A stretch of 41,313 bases of DNA from a virus (Duplodnaviria > Caudoviricetes), in IMG/VR virus record IMGVR_UViG_3300025889_000261, positions 1 to 41,313 of that record. One strand, given 5' to 3'. A program made the position numbers and the translations under genes. Numbering within the stretch: the first letter of the stretch is position 1; every line of letters starts with the position of its first letter. Of the stretch, positions 1 through 9,400 are shown one piece after another. The notes under the pieces are model-generated. The model made no database searches. It was given only the letters and a program-made list of their open reading frames with translations, and was not told the DNA's origin.

Positions 1-127
1 ATTATTAATGAATTTCCATTATTTTTTAATACTGAGAAATTAAATAATACAAATATTTAATCAATAAATATGAATAATGGATTTAAAAATGGAGGAAAAA
101 AATGGAATCTAAAAAATATATAAATAG
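1..127. repeat. Terminal direct repeat, copy 1 (circular assembly overlap)
   Basis: Identical to 41187-41313; it spans the end of ORF 40368..41246 and the start of ORF 102..425, so the genome closes seamlessly; 127 bp is a common assembler k-mer size. Confidence 0.95.
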
Positions 128-425
128 TATAACTTTATCGGGAGATATAGTTGGTATTACAGACGGATATACAGAAACTAAAAACGATTCGAAATCACTT
201 TATATATTAAAAATAGTAATAAAAAATGATGATTCTCTTATAGAGCTAATATCTTTTGATGATGACGCACTCGAAATCAAAAAAAAGTTAATTAAAGATG
301 ATTTTATTATTGCACATTGTTATGTAAAAGGCCGCATTTTTAGATCCAAAGATAATAAAGAATACTATAACTACTCATTTATCATAAAAAATAAATATTC
401 AATCACGGCTCAAAATATACAGTAA
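102..425 (+). CDS. Putative single-stranded DNA-binding (OB-fold) protein lacking an acidic tail
   Basis: N-terminal 'NSITLSG', SSB-like beta pattern ('KDDFIIAHCYVKGRIF..KD.K.YY'), GGAGG SD, directly upstream of the initiator. Confidence 0.55.
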   Translation: MESKKYINSITLSGDIVGITDGYTETKNDSKSLYILKIVIKNDDSLIELISFDDDALEIKKKLIKDDFIIAHCYVKGRIFRSKDNKEYYNYSFIIKNKYSITAQNIQ

Positions 426-439
426 TTTATGGAATAAAA

Positions 440-1576
440 ATGGCCCGACCACTTAAAACAAACGCTGACTACTTTCCGCATATGGGAGACATGAGAAATG
501 ACCCGAAAATTAAAGCGTTACGCAAGAAATATTCTCATTTAGGATATGCAATCTGGTGTTTTTTAATCGAAACACTGACCGAATCGGATGATTTTAGGGT
601 TGAATGGGATGAATTGATGATTGAATTGCTAGCGGCTGATTTTGATTGTTCAGTAGATGAGCTAACTAGTGTTGCGTCATATTTGGAAAAGCTTAAATTA
701 ATCAAAATATCCGATGATTTTTTGTCATGCCCAAAATTATTAAAATTTTTAGACCCGCTATTATCGAAGCGGGAACGACAAAGAAAGCAGGTTATCGACG
801 ACGATAATAGCAACGAAAAAGAGTTATCGACGTCGATAACTCAAAATAAAGAGGTTATCGACGTCGAAAGTACACAAAGTAAAGTAAAGAAAAGTAAAGT
901 AAAGAAAAGCAGCAGTAGCCCCCCCTTACCCCCCCATGGGGGTGCTTCGGCTGCCTTTTTCGAAAATCGAATTTTGGGAAATTTGGATCGGCTAGATTGC
1001 GATATCGGGCCAATCAGCACTACTCCGCAAAAAATCCCAGAAATAACAGAGCCGGTACTCGTCCCTGATAGTCAGTGTACGTCCGAAAAAACAGGTTCAG
1101 AACCGACGAAAATGTCGACAGAAAAACCCGATTTTGTTTCTTGGATGGCGGATCAAATTACCCTGTTTCGATCTATCGATTACAGGAGCAAAACAGGCGC
1201 ACAAATTCCAAACAGGATTGGGCTGAACAGGCACCTGATTTCAGAAGCAAACCGAAATCCAGACGAGCTGAATAATTGGCTGATAGAGTTCGCGGATAAT
1301 GTCGAGGAACTGGAATCTTTCGAGCTTAAAAATAGTAGAAAAACATCCGAAAAAGAACAGCGAGAACTAGAAAAAATTGAGTTTAAAAAACAGCAGGAGG
1401 AAGAAAGAAAAATCATAGAACTTTTTGAAAAATTATCGACTAATGAAAAATTAGTTTTCACAAAAAAAGCGTCTCAAGAATTAGGACAATCACCGCATCC
1501 GGCAGGGTGGCCCCCGTCTTTTATCAAGAGAATTGCCGCAAGAATTTATTGCGAATCTAATAAAGTTTTTTCTTAA
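440..1576 (+). CDS. Phage replication initiator (DUF4373/Lin1244-like N-terminal domain) with internal origin
   Basis: 'MARP.K...DYFPH..DMRNDPKIKALRKKY...GYAIW..LIE.L' N-terminus; 'STQSKVKKSKVK' linker; iterons within the gene. Confidence 0.8.
   Translation: MARPLKTNADYFPHMGDMRNDPKIKALRKKYSHLGYAIWCFLIETLTESDDFRVEWDELMIELLAADFDCSVDELTSVASYLEKLKLIKISDDFLSCPKLLKFLDPLLSKRERQRKQVIDDDNSNEKELSTSITQNKEVIDVESTQSKVKKSKVKKSSSSPPLPPHGGASAAFFENRILGNLDRLDCDIGPISTTPQKIPEITEPVLVPDSQCTSEKTGSEPTKMSTEKPDFVSWMADQITLFRSIDYRSKTGAQIPNRIGLNRHLISEANRNPDELNNWLIEFADNVEELESFELKNSRKTSEKEQRELEKIEFKKQQEEERKIIELFEKLSTNEKLVFTKKASQELGQSPHPAGWPPSFIKRIAARIYCESNKVFS
760..908. repeat. Putative replication origin: palindromic iterons plus A-rich repeat
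   Basis: GTTATCGACGACGATAAT (791), perfect palindrome GTTATCGACGTCGATAAC (823), GTTATCGACGTCGAAAGT (854), degenerate ATTATCGAAG (760); spacing 31-32 bp; followed by AAAGTAAAGTAAAGA twice. Confidence 0.75.
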
Positions 1577-1600
1577 AATAAAACATTAAAAAATATTCAA

Positions 1601-1948
1601 ATGAAAATTATACAACCTGATCTATCCGATTTATTTTTTTTAACAATCAAAATCATAAACCCGAAAATCCTAGAAGACTGTGAACGAGAATATAGATTTC
1701 ACGAAACAAGACGCTGGCGATTTGATTTTGCATGGAAAGCCCATAAAATCGCCGTAGAATGCGATGGGATCGCAAAGCAAGCCGGTGGGGGGCGTCACAA
1801 CACAGATGCCGACAGAGACAAAATAAACACCGCTACAATGAATGGCTGGAAGGTTTTTAGATTTTCAGGAAAACAAATTCGAAATGAGCCGGATAAGTGT
1901 TTATCTTTTTTTGAAAAGTTTATAAAAGTTAAGAAAATAGATGAATAA
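1601..1948 (+). CDS. Vsr/DUF559-like PD-(D/E)xK endonuclease
   Basis: 'EYRFHETRRWRFDFAW..HKIAVECDG....GGGRH....DRDKIN.A...GWKVFRF' motifs. Confidence 0.8.
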   Translation: MKIIQPDLSDLFFLTIKIINPKILEDCEREYRFHETRRWRFDFAWKAHKIAVECDGIAKQAGGGRHNTDADRDKINTATMNGWKVFRFSGKQIRNEPDKCLSFFEKFIKVKKIDE

Positions 1949-2468
1949 TCTTTATTCATACGGCGTAACTTATGCTTTAGGGTCTCGATATAGGGCTTTA
2001 ATAATATTTTTATCATCAATATTATTAGACATGGGCCTATTTATATTTTTGGGCGATAAAAAGCTTTTTATACATCAAGATTACGCTATTTTTAAGATAC
2101 TCATATCTTTTCAGATATTTTTCTTCACTAGAGAAATTGCGCTATACTTTTCATTCTTAGACGAGGTTAGGCAAAGGTCGGCTTTAGATCAAATATATAA
2201 GTTATCAAAAACAAATAAGTTAATAGATTATACTAAATGCATAAATTACAAAAGACGATCATTGAGGCCAAAAAAAACAAAAGAAGATGTTATGCGACAC
2301 TTAATGGATCTTTATATAAAAGACTCAATTGAATCTTGGAAACCACTTTTAAATGATCTTGAAAATATTGAATCAATAAAAAATTTAGATGATTCAATTG
2401 TAAAGTTTAGAAATAAAGTATTTATAAATAATGATGATGAAATATGTAATAAATTGGGAAATTACTAA
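1941..2468 (+). CDS. Hypothetical membrane protein (two predicted TM segments)
   Basis: Two hydrophobic stretches in the N-half; overlaps the upstream gene by 8 nt. Confidence 0.55.
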   Translation: MNNLYSYGVTYALGSRYRALIIFLSSILLDMGLFIFLGDKKLFIHQDYAIFKILISFQIFFFTREIALYFSFLDEVRQRSALDQIYKLSKTNKLIDYTKCINYKRRSLRPKKTKEDVMRHLMDLYIKDSIESWKPLLNDLENIESIKNLDDSIVKFRNKVFINNDDEICNKLGNY

Positions 2469-2496
2469 CGCGACAGCTCTAAATACTTAATACAAT

Positions 2497-2880
2497 CTAA
2501 CTAGATAATTCAGTAAGTTCTATGTCTTTTTTTAAAATATTGTATTTAAGTTCAACATTATTAATATTTATTTTGAATATATGCTTTGAATAACTAGCAC
2601 TTACAGATTGTATTTTTTTATCTTTTATCATGTTAATAATAGTTACGGCACTATCAATGGCCACCTTGTCTATTGTATTATCAATATAAAAAATAGAGTT
2701 AAACGTGCTTTTAATAAACGACAATATTTTATCATCAATAGTATTAGGGGTTATTTTGGCAAGAACAGACAATAATTCAATCAGCCCATTAGCCAAATAA
2801 AAATTAAACGATAATTTATTTTTGGAAACAAGCCATAATCCAAACGTTTTGAAGATACTTAAAAATTTAACTAAAAACAT
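2497..2880 (-). CDS. Lysis-cassette accessory protein (holin/spanin-like, uncertain)
   Basis: Last gene of the lysis cluster; 'LAKITPNTIDDK' resembles motifs of small phage holin-like proteins. Confidence 0.4.
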   Translation of the reverse strand: MFLVKFLSIFKTFGLWLVSKNKLSFNFYLANGLIELLSVLAKITPNTIDDKILSFIKSTFNSIFYIDNTIDKVAIDSAVTIINMIKDKKIQSVSASYSKHIFKININNVELKYNILKKDIELTELSS

Positions 2881-2881
2881 A

Positions 2882-3193
2882 TTACATAATTCCTTTTTTT
2901 AATAAAATAAGACCAACAGCAATTTGAGATACAAACCCAATGATAATGCCAAGCATCCAAAGTTTATTTTTGTTTGAATCTTTTAATTGATTAGTTACAA
3001 CATCTTTAAGCGACAAAGATAGTTCATGCATATCGTCTTTCATTGCATCAAGCTTATCAAAAACTAATCTCATCATATCCCTATGATTTTGCTTAATATC
3101 TGAAATTTCCCGCTCGTGAATTGCAATAGATTTTTCCAATAAGGCAATCCTAGAATCTGATTTAAAAAAGGACTTTTCATCATTTTCGCTCAT
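2882..3193 (-). CDS. Putative holin (coiled coil plus C-terminal TM, XhlA-like)
   Basis: 'RIALLEK' coiled coil then one TM 'LWMLGIIIGFVSQIAVGLILL'; adjacent to the endolysin. Confidence 0.55.
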   Translation of the reverse strand: MSENDEKSFFKSDSRIALLEKSIAIHEREISDIKQNHRDMMRLVFDKLDAMKDDMHELSLSLKDVVTNQLKDSNKNKLWMLGIIIGFVSQIAVGLILLKKGIM

Positions 3194-3198
3194 GATTA

Positions 3199-3654
3199 TT
3201 ACTCGCCATAATAATTTGAAAATTCAATATATTTACCAGGCCCAGTACAAATTAATGCTTCGTTTTTTAATGGTTTTCGGGGATGATTACATGATATATG
3301 TATAAAATTTTTGTCTGGATAATAAATCACTTGTCTATAGGGGATTTCCGATACTTCAACTACCCAACGAAATACGGCCTCTACATTTTCATCAATAGAT
3401 ATAAAGTCTGCCGCAGAACCATAAAGATGGTCTGACTGCAAAGATCCACCAACCTTTGCGTTTAAAGTTTCATCTCTTAACCAAGATGTTACAATTAATG
3501 TACCAAACATATCCCGGATTGGTTGTAAGCAAGACAAAGCTAAAACCTGTGCTTGTAAAATATGGACAATTGTTGGCTTAATATTATGAGCTAATTCAGG
3601 ATATGAACCCATTACAACAATCTCAGAAATATGAAAGTTTTTAGATAGATCCAA
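3199..3654 (-). CDS. Endolysin, peptidase M15A family
   Basis: 'LQPIRD.FG.L.VTSW.R...LN.KVGGS..S.H..G.AADF' and 'FIHIS' Zn motifs; TTG start immediately after the tailspike stop. Confidence 0.9.
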   Translation of the reverse strand: MDLSKNFHISEIVVMGSYPELAHNIKPTIVHILQAQVLALSCLQPIRDMFGTLIVTSWLRDETLNAKVGGSLQSDHLYGSAADFISIDENVEAVFRWVVEVSEIPYRQVIYYPDKNFIHISCNHPRKPLKNEALICTGPGKYIEFSNYYGE

Positions 3655-5976
3655 TTATAAATTGCCCTCACTTACCCAAGTTCCTGGTGTACCTGATTCA
3701 GTGCAAACCCACGATTTAGGTGATCCAATTACAGGGATAGAATTTATGACCCTGTCTCCCAATAACCATGCCCCAGTTGTAGGCTCGCTACTTAAATAAG
3801 TTACCAAAAAAGAATCTTTAAACTCATAAACTAACCCAGTTGACCAAACTTTAACTTTAATAAGGTCCTGCGTAATATTTAGAGATGATAGTTTTGATCT
3901 TATATCGCCGGGACTAGATTGATTATAGGTATAATAAATACCGTCTTTTAATTCCACATCCGGTTGAGCGTAGCCTGATCCAATTAATGCATAATTACTA
4001 TCCATGGCAAATGATTGGCTATAACAGTTTATAAATGTATTGTCTTTATTTACAATTAAAGTATTATTAGTTATATAACTTAGTGAAAATGGGGTGTTTG
4101 ACGGTGTCGCACCAGAAGTTATGGGAAAATCTGAGTCTCTATAAAAAACATTTCCTATAGAATATAACTTAGAATTTATTCTTAACCCGTTAAAATTATA
4201 AACTAAATTTGAAATAAACTTATTAACAGGATTTCCCCCCTGATCTGATACAGGCTCGGAAACATTATTAAAAGTATTCCCATTTATTATGTTGTACTTA
4301 GAAGTAGCCGCACTTCTAACACCATTCAGTAAATTTATAAATGTGTTTGCCACAACTTGCAATGTTTTATGAGCGGTGTCTGTATATATTCCAGTGTACT
4401 TACGACTATTTATACTCGTATAATCTAAAAAAGAAGGGCTACCAGAGGTATCTTTGTGTATTAGTGTATTTCCAATAACACAAGCGTTTTCACATTTAAA
4501 GTACATCGCATAGGTATAGTCTGCCCTTAAATTATCATCAAATTCAATAACATTATTTGATACAATAACATTCTTCTCAATACCTGATGTGGTTACCCCT
4601 ATTCCTTCCTTACATCCACTTATAGTATTGCCACTTATAATATGAAGTCCATTGGCTGATCCACCAATTTCAATCCCCATTAAAAATCCATATATTGTAT
4701 TGTTAAATGCAACGTTGTTTTCAGATACACCAAAAACAATACCAGAATAATTCCCTTTTAAATTTTTCGCCATTATTGAATTGTTAATTACATGACTATA
4801 CCCAGTCCATAACTCTATTCCCACATCTTCATACGAAACATTATCAATTTCAAATAAATTAGAAATAAAATATAAGTAACATTCTTTTAATCCATCCTTA
4901 CCAATACGGCTTCTTATTCCACAGTCTGAACTTGTTGAAAAAAATTCATTATTTAATATATATATATGATGACAGGTTAAATTATCGCTAGAATCAGTAA
5001 TTCCAAGTGGCCTTTTAGCGGTTTGTACTATGCAATTTTTAACAAAAATAAAATTAGAACCATTCCTAATATCTATAGATTTTCCGTAAGCCGTTCCGGT
5101 TGTAACTATTTTTAGATTTTCTATAGCAACATTTTCCTTATTTGCTATATAAAAGGCTCTAGATAATGATGTGGTTATAACACTTGTATATTTATTAATT
5201 CCTAACAAATAGTTATTTGAATTTATTGTTAAATATGTTGATATTTTATAAGTTCCAGGAGGGAAAACAATTGTGCTACTTCCGTTAAGCGCGTTTTGTA
5301 TTGCCAGGGTATCGTCCGTGATACCATCCCCCTTAGCCCCATAATCCTTAACACTGACATACTCATTTAGTTCAGAATTGGTAAAAAGATTTTCAAAGTT
5401 AGAATAAGCCGTTTCAGCACTAGCCGCCGCACTAGCGGCTAATGTAGCATAACTTTGTGCGCTAGAAATTTCGCTAATAGTAGGTCCTAAAACGAATGCA
5501 TCGGCATCACTATTAATAGCAAGAACCTTATTTGGAGACTCTAAGATATTAGCAGGAATGGTATTACTAAATACACTCGATGAAATTGTTTCAGGAAGTT
5601 TTATAGCCCTATTTATTTCATCCTGCTGCTGTTGGTCAATCATGATCTGACTATCAAATTCATCCTCATGAATTTCAGGGAAAAAAGCCCCTTGTCCGCG
5701 TATGTCCGTTTCTTGCTTTATTTCACGAACACGCCGAATTGTTAGGCTATAGCCAGATGTTAAATTTCCTCCGGTTAGCGTAATAGTCCCAGTTCCGTTC
5801 CCATTTAAAGTAACAGTATAATCTGTCCCTAAAACAAGCGTTGTTTCAATATTATCAGTGTCGCGCTGAGTAATAAAAAGATCATTTGAGCTTAAAACTT
5901 TAAACGTAAAGTCATACGTACTTACACCCCCTGTCCCGATGTAATCTACCCGACTCACAGAGGATAATATAGTCAT
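3655..5976 (-). CDS. Tailspike: T7 gp17-like anchor plus right-handed beta-helix depolymerase
   Basis: N-terminal adaptor 'Y.GTG..STYDFTF..L...DL' and 'FFPEIHEDEFD'; 'VSVKDYGAKGDG.TDDT.AIQ.AL..FPPGTY' pectate-lyase-3 start; Asn-ladder repeats. Confidence 0.9.
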   Translation of the reverse strand: MTILSSVSRVDYIGTGGVSTYDFTFKVLSSNDLFITQRDTDNIETTLVLGTDYTVTLNGNGTGTITLTGGNLTSGYSLTIRRVREIKQETDIRGQGAFFPEIHEDEFDSQIMIDQQQQDEINRAIKLPETISSSVFSNTIPANILESPNKVLAINSDADAFVLGPTISEISSAQSYATLAASAAASAETAYSNFENLFTNSELNEYVSVKDYGAKGDGITDDTLAIQNALNGSSTIVFPPGTYKISTYLTINSNNYLLGINKYTSVITTSLSRAFYIANKENVAIENLKIVTTGTAYGKSIDIRNGSNFIFVKNCIVQTAKRPLGITDSSDNLTCHHIYILNNEFFSTSSDCGIRSRIGKDGLKECYLYFISNLFEIDNVSYEDVGIELWTGYSHVINNSIMAKNLKGNYSGIVFGVSENNVAFNNTIYGFLMGIEIGGSANGLHIISGNTISGCKEGIGVTTSGIEKNVIVSNNVIEFDDNLRADYTYAMYFKCENACVIGNTLIHKDTSGSPSFLDYTSINSRKYTGIYTDTAHKTLQVVANTFINLLNGVRSAATSKYNIINGNTFNNVSEPVSDQGGNPVNKFISNLVYNFNGLRINSKLYSIGNVFYRDSDFPITSGATPSNTPFSLSYITNNTLIVNKDNTFINCYSQSFAMDSNYALIGSGYAQPDVELKDGIYYTYNQSSPGDIRSKLSSLNITQDLIKVKVWSTGLVYEFKDSFLVTYLSSEPTTGAWLLGDRVINSIPVIGSPKSWVCTESGTPGTWVSEGNL

Positions 5977-6026
5977 ATTTTATATACTATACACTTAATG
6001 GCATATATTCATTTGCCAAAAAGTAT
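5977..6026 (-). promoter_or_regulatory. Putative phage late promoter, copy 1
   Basis: ATACTTTTTGGCAAATGAATA-N14-TATAGT-N9-ATG; same motif and geometry as 29339-29388. Confidence 0.7.
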
Positions 6027-6065
6027 TCTGCTTAATCAATAAAAAATTAAATCAAACAATAACGC

Positions 6066-6383
6066 TTATTTTCTTATTCTATAATAAAGATCGTATTCTA
6101 TTTTCCCCATTTTATTTGTTACTTCATCCAGTTTCATTTCCAATAAATATATACGATTTTTAAGTGACTTATTATCTTCTAGTAAATCATTTATTATTTT
6201 GTCTTTAGCCTTTATTTCTAAAAGATATTCTAAACGTCTTTTATCAATAATAGCCTTAATATTATCAAACCTAGCATTATAATGAATTTCTAATTCATCT
6301 ATCCGATGTGAATTGCTATCAGCAAATATCGTTCCATAAAATTGAATTAATATAAAAATTATAAAAAAAATTATTCCATTCAC
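6066..6383 (-). CDS. Hypothetical exported coiled-coil protein (moron-like)
   Basis: GTG start, hydrophobic N-terminus ending 'IFA-DS', heptad-rich remainder, AT-rich. Confidence 0.55.
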   Translation of the reverse strand: MNGIIFFIIFILIQFYGTIFADSNSHRIDELEIHYNARFDNIKAIIDKRRLEYLLEIKAKDKIINDLLEDNKSLKNRIYLLEMKLDEVTNKMGKIEYDLYYRIRK

Positions 6384-6406
6384 TTAAAATAGTTTATCAA
6401 TTATTT

Positions 6407-9400
6407 TCAACGTTTCCCAGTAACTAAACCACGAGTAAAATCAATTGGGCCAGTTGGTTCCGCCTCACCTTCATTAACATCAATCAAATAACCGCTTGAT
6501 TTTCCTATTGCATGAAGTGGTAATCCCGATAATGCGCCAATAAGAGTAAATGAGTTTTTAAGAAGCGATCTTTTATCAACTTCCTCATCTGGCATAAATG
6601 CGTCTGACAATTCTTTAATAGATGTCCCAAGATTATCAGAAAGACTAAATACAGGAGAAAATGAGAGCCTATCATTATAATATTTATCATCATACCTATT
6701 AATAACAGACTGTGTTATTGGCCCAATAATAGGCGCCATTGAAGTTGTTTCCTCTGAAAGACTAAACAAAAATTCTTTTGAAAATTTAGAAAACAAGTCC
6801 TCGTCATCATCATCGCCACCATTGGATGCAAGTTTTATAGCGGCAATCATTGCAACAGGTAATATCATTGTTTTTAAAGCAAGATAAGTTAATTGTGGGC
6901 TTCCATATAAATAGCCCTTATCTCTCCCTATTTTACCGACCTCTGTCTTTAACAAGTTTTTTTTCATAATAAAATAGTTTGAGAACATGGTAAAAATACG
7001 TGAAGCCGCAGAACCTGTTTCATACATTGATAAATCTTCGTGATTAAATGTCCCTTGTGTTAATCTAACGGCTTTGTCCGCATTTAAAACGGCTTGTCTT
7101 TCTGTCATGTTATTGGATATAGCGTCATTATACGCGCCAATCCATACGATATTATTTACATGCCCTTGTGTAATTTTCTGTAAAATATAGGCATTCTTAT
7201 CAGCCAGTTTTTTAATCTCCTGGTATTTACTTGGATTAATCGTAATCTCTCTGATTGCATTAGACGTCTCGATGCTAATTGTGTTTTCAAGATTTTTCAT
7301 AAATAATGATTTTTTACCAATATAGGCATGTAATTTTTCTTGTGAAAACAGATGCCCAGCTTGAACGGCCGCGCCTTTTGCTAATTGTTTCATTGGCACT
7401 TTTGAACCGGCAATAATAACCCCAGAATATTGCATTAACGCGTTTGTCACATTCAAAAACATAAAATTCATTCCAATACTTTTTCGAATAAATCTTAAAA
7501 ACTGAGAGGCTTTATCAGAACCACTTGTATCCGATCTTTGTGATGCGACCCTTTTGATCCAAGGTAAAAGTGAATACTTCATAATTTTATTGTCATAGGC
7601 ATGAATCGATTCTTTAAAATTACGATTTAATAGTATTTTACCAATGGTTTTAACAGTTGGATTTATATATGTAAATCTAGTAACAGAATCAATATGAGCG
7701 GCCACGGTACTCATAGTTAAATCTAATTCTTCGGCATATCCTTCGATCCTGTTTTTAGACCATCCGCTACCGGTATCGGGAAATGATGTAAAATCTCTCG
7801 TATCAAATAAATCGTTTTTATCTTCTCTCAATAATTGTGAAATAGAGTTTTCAGGGTCAATCTTAGCCGGAGCATAGCCGCCTTCATATCGCCCAAAAGG
7901 TGTATCAAATGGCGTGGCTGTTATTTCATTAAAATAATACCCATAAATATTTTTATGCGCCTTTTGAGCCTCCGGTTTCATTTTTTCAAAGAGTTTCCAC
8001 AGGTTTTGAATAAAATCATGATCTTTCTTGATAATGACTCCTTCGGACCACATTCTAGATAAAAAGTTATCCCACTTTGACGTGTCTAAAATTCCATCTT
8101 GATAGCTAGCCCATCCATGGCCCATGAGCATTTTAAACTTATTACTATCATTTCCGATATGTCTAAGCGCGCCAATTAGTTCGGCCCTGTTTCTAAACGT
8201 GTAACCGTCTGGGTATTTCTCGCTAATAAGCTCTTTAGCATGAATTGGCAATTCATCAAAACGATCCTTCATTCCATCCAATAGCGCTTTGTATTCTTCC
8301 AAAAATGCATTGCGCTTGTCTCGGTAAACAGCGGTGGCCTCCATTACGGGCGTAACAATATACTTTGTATACACTCCGTTTAAATCGCCTCCATCCAAGT
8401 AATCCGCAAGACTTTCAACCCTTGTGGTGGCCGCATCTCCTAGATGTAAAAGATCAACTAAGAAATTTTTACTTTTTTTATTAGATATTGGCTTAAGCTC
8501 TTTAAGCCTTGATGCCAATTCGTCTATTACTTCATCACGTTCTAAACGCTCACCATTGATCTCAACTATTTTTTCCTCTCTCGATAAATGCCAAAGGGCT
8601 TCAATTGTATTATTTAAATCTTGAAAATCATCATAATTAAGCCGATCATAATTTTGTGGCTTATCTAGCGCGGAGTTAATAAGCGGGTAGATGCTTTTAT
8701 AGGTTGTGGGATCATACTCCCTTATTTTTTCTACATACGAAAATGCTGACTTGTCTTTTTCGCCAAAACCATATTCTGCAAGTATCGCCTTTGCGGCATT
8801 TACGTAGTTCATTTCACGATATTTAGCGGCTTTTTTATCCGTTTTAACTACCTCATTAAATCGATCCAGTATTTTATCAATATTTTCTTTAGCATTTGTT
8901 GCTTGCTTAAATAATTCGCCGTTAATCATTTCAATTCGTTTTTGTTCAAACGAAGCATCAATGTTACCCTTTGATAACTGGATACCGGCTTCTCTTGCCG
9001 CATTTTTTTCAGCCCTTAAATATACATCCGGCCGTATTTGATTTAATGGTGTTTTGGCTATTTTATCTTTTGCATATTTTTTAGTTTGGATATTGGATGG
9101 GACACGACGCCCAACGTTTTTGATTGCGTCTTTTAAAACGTTGGGAGCTTCGTTTGCCAACCAATTTAACTCAAACTCCAATATGTCTGAACGAGCGTCA
9201 TCATGAATATCCTGTATTATTTCTTGTCTAAATTTCTCTTTATCATTTTCAAGATTCGGGTATTTTTGTTGCATCCGTTCGTCGGCGACTCGGTTTATAT
9301 GAGCTTTTATAGGCTCAATGTTTTGCAGGGCTTCAAACATTTGCTCAATAGATGAATAATCGTATAGGTCAGCAATAATATCTAATGGCTGACCATATGG

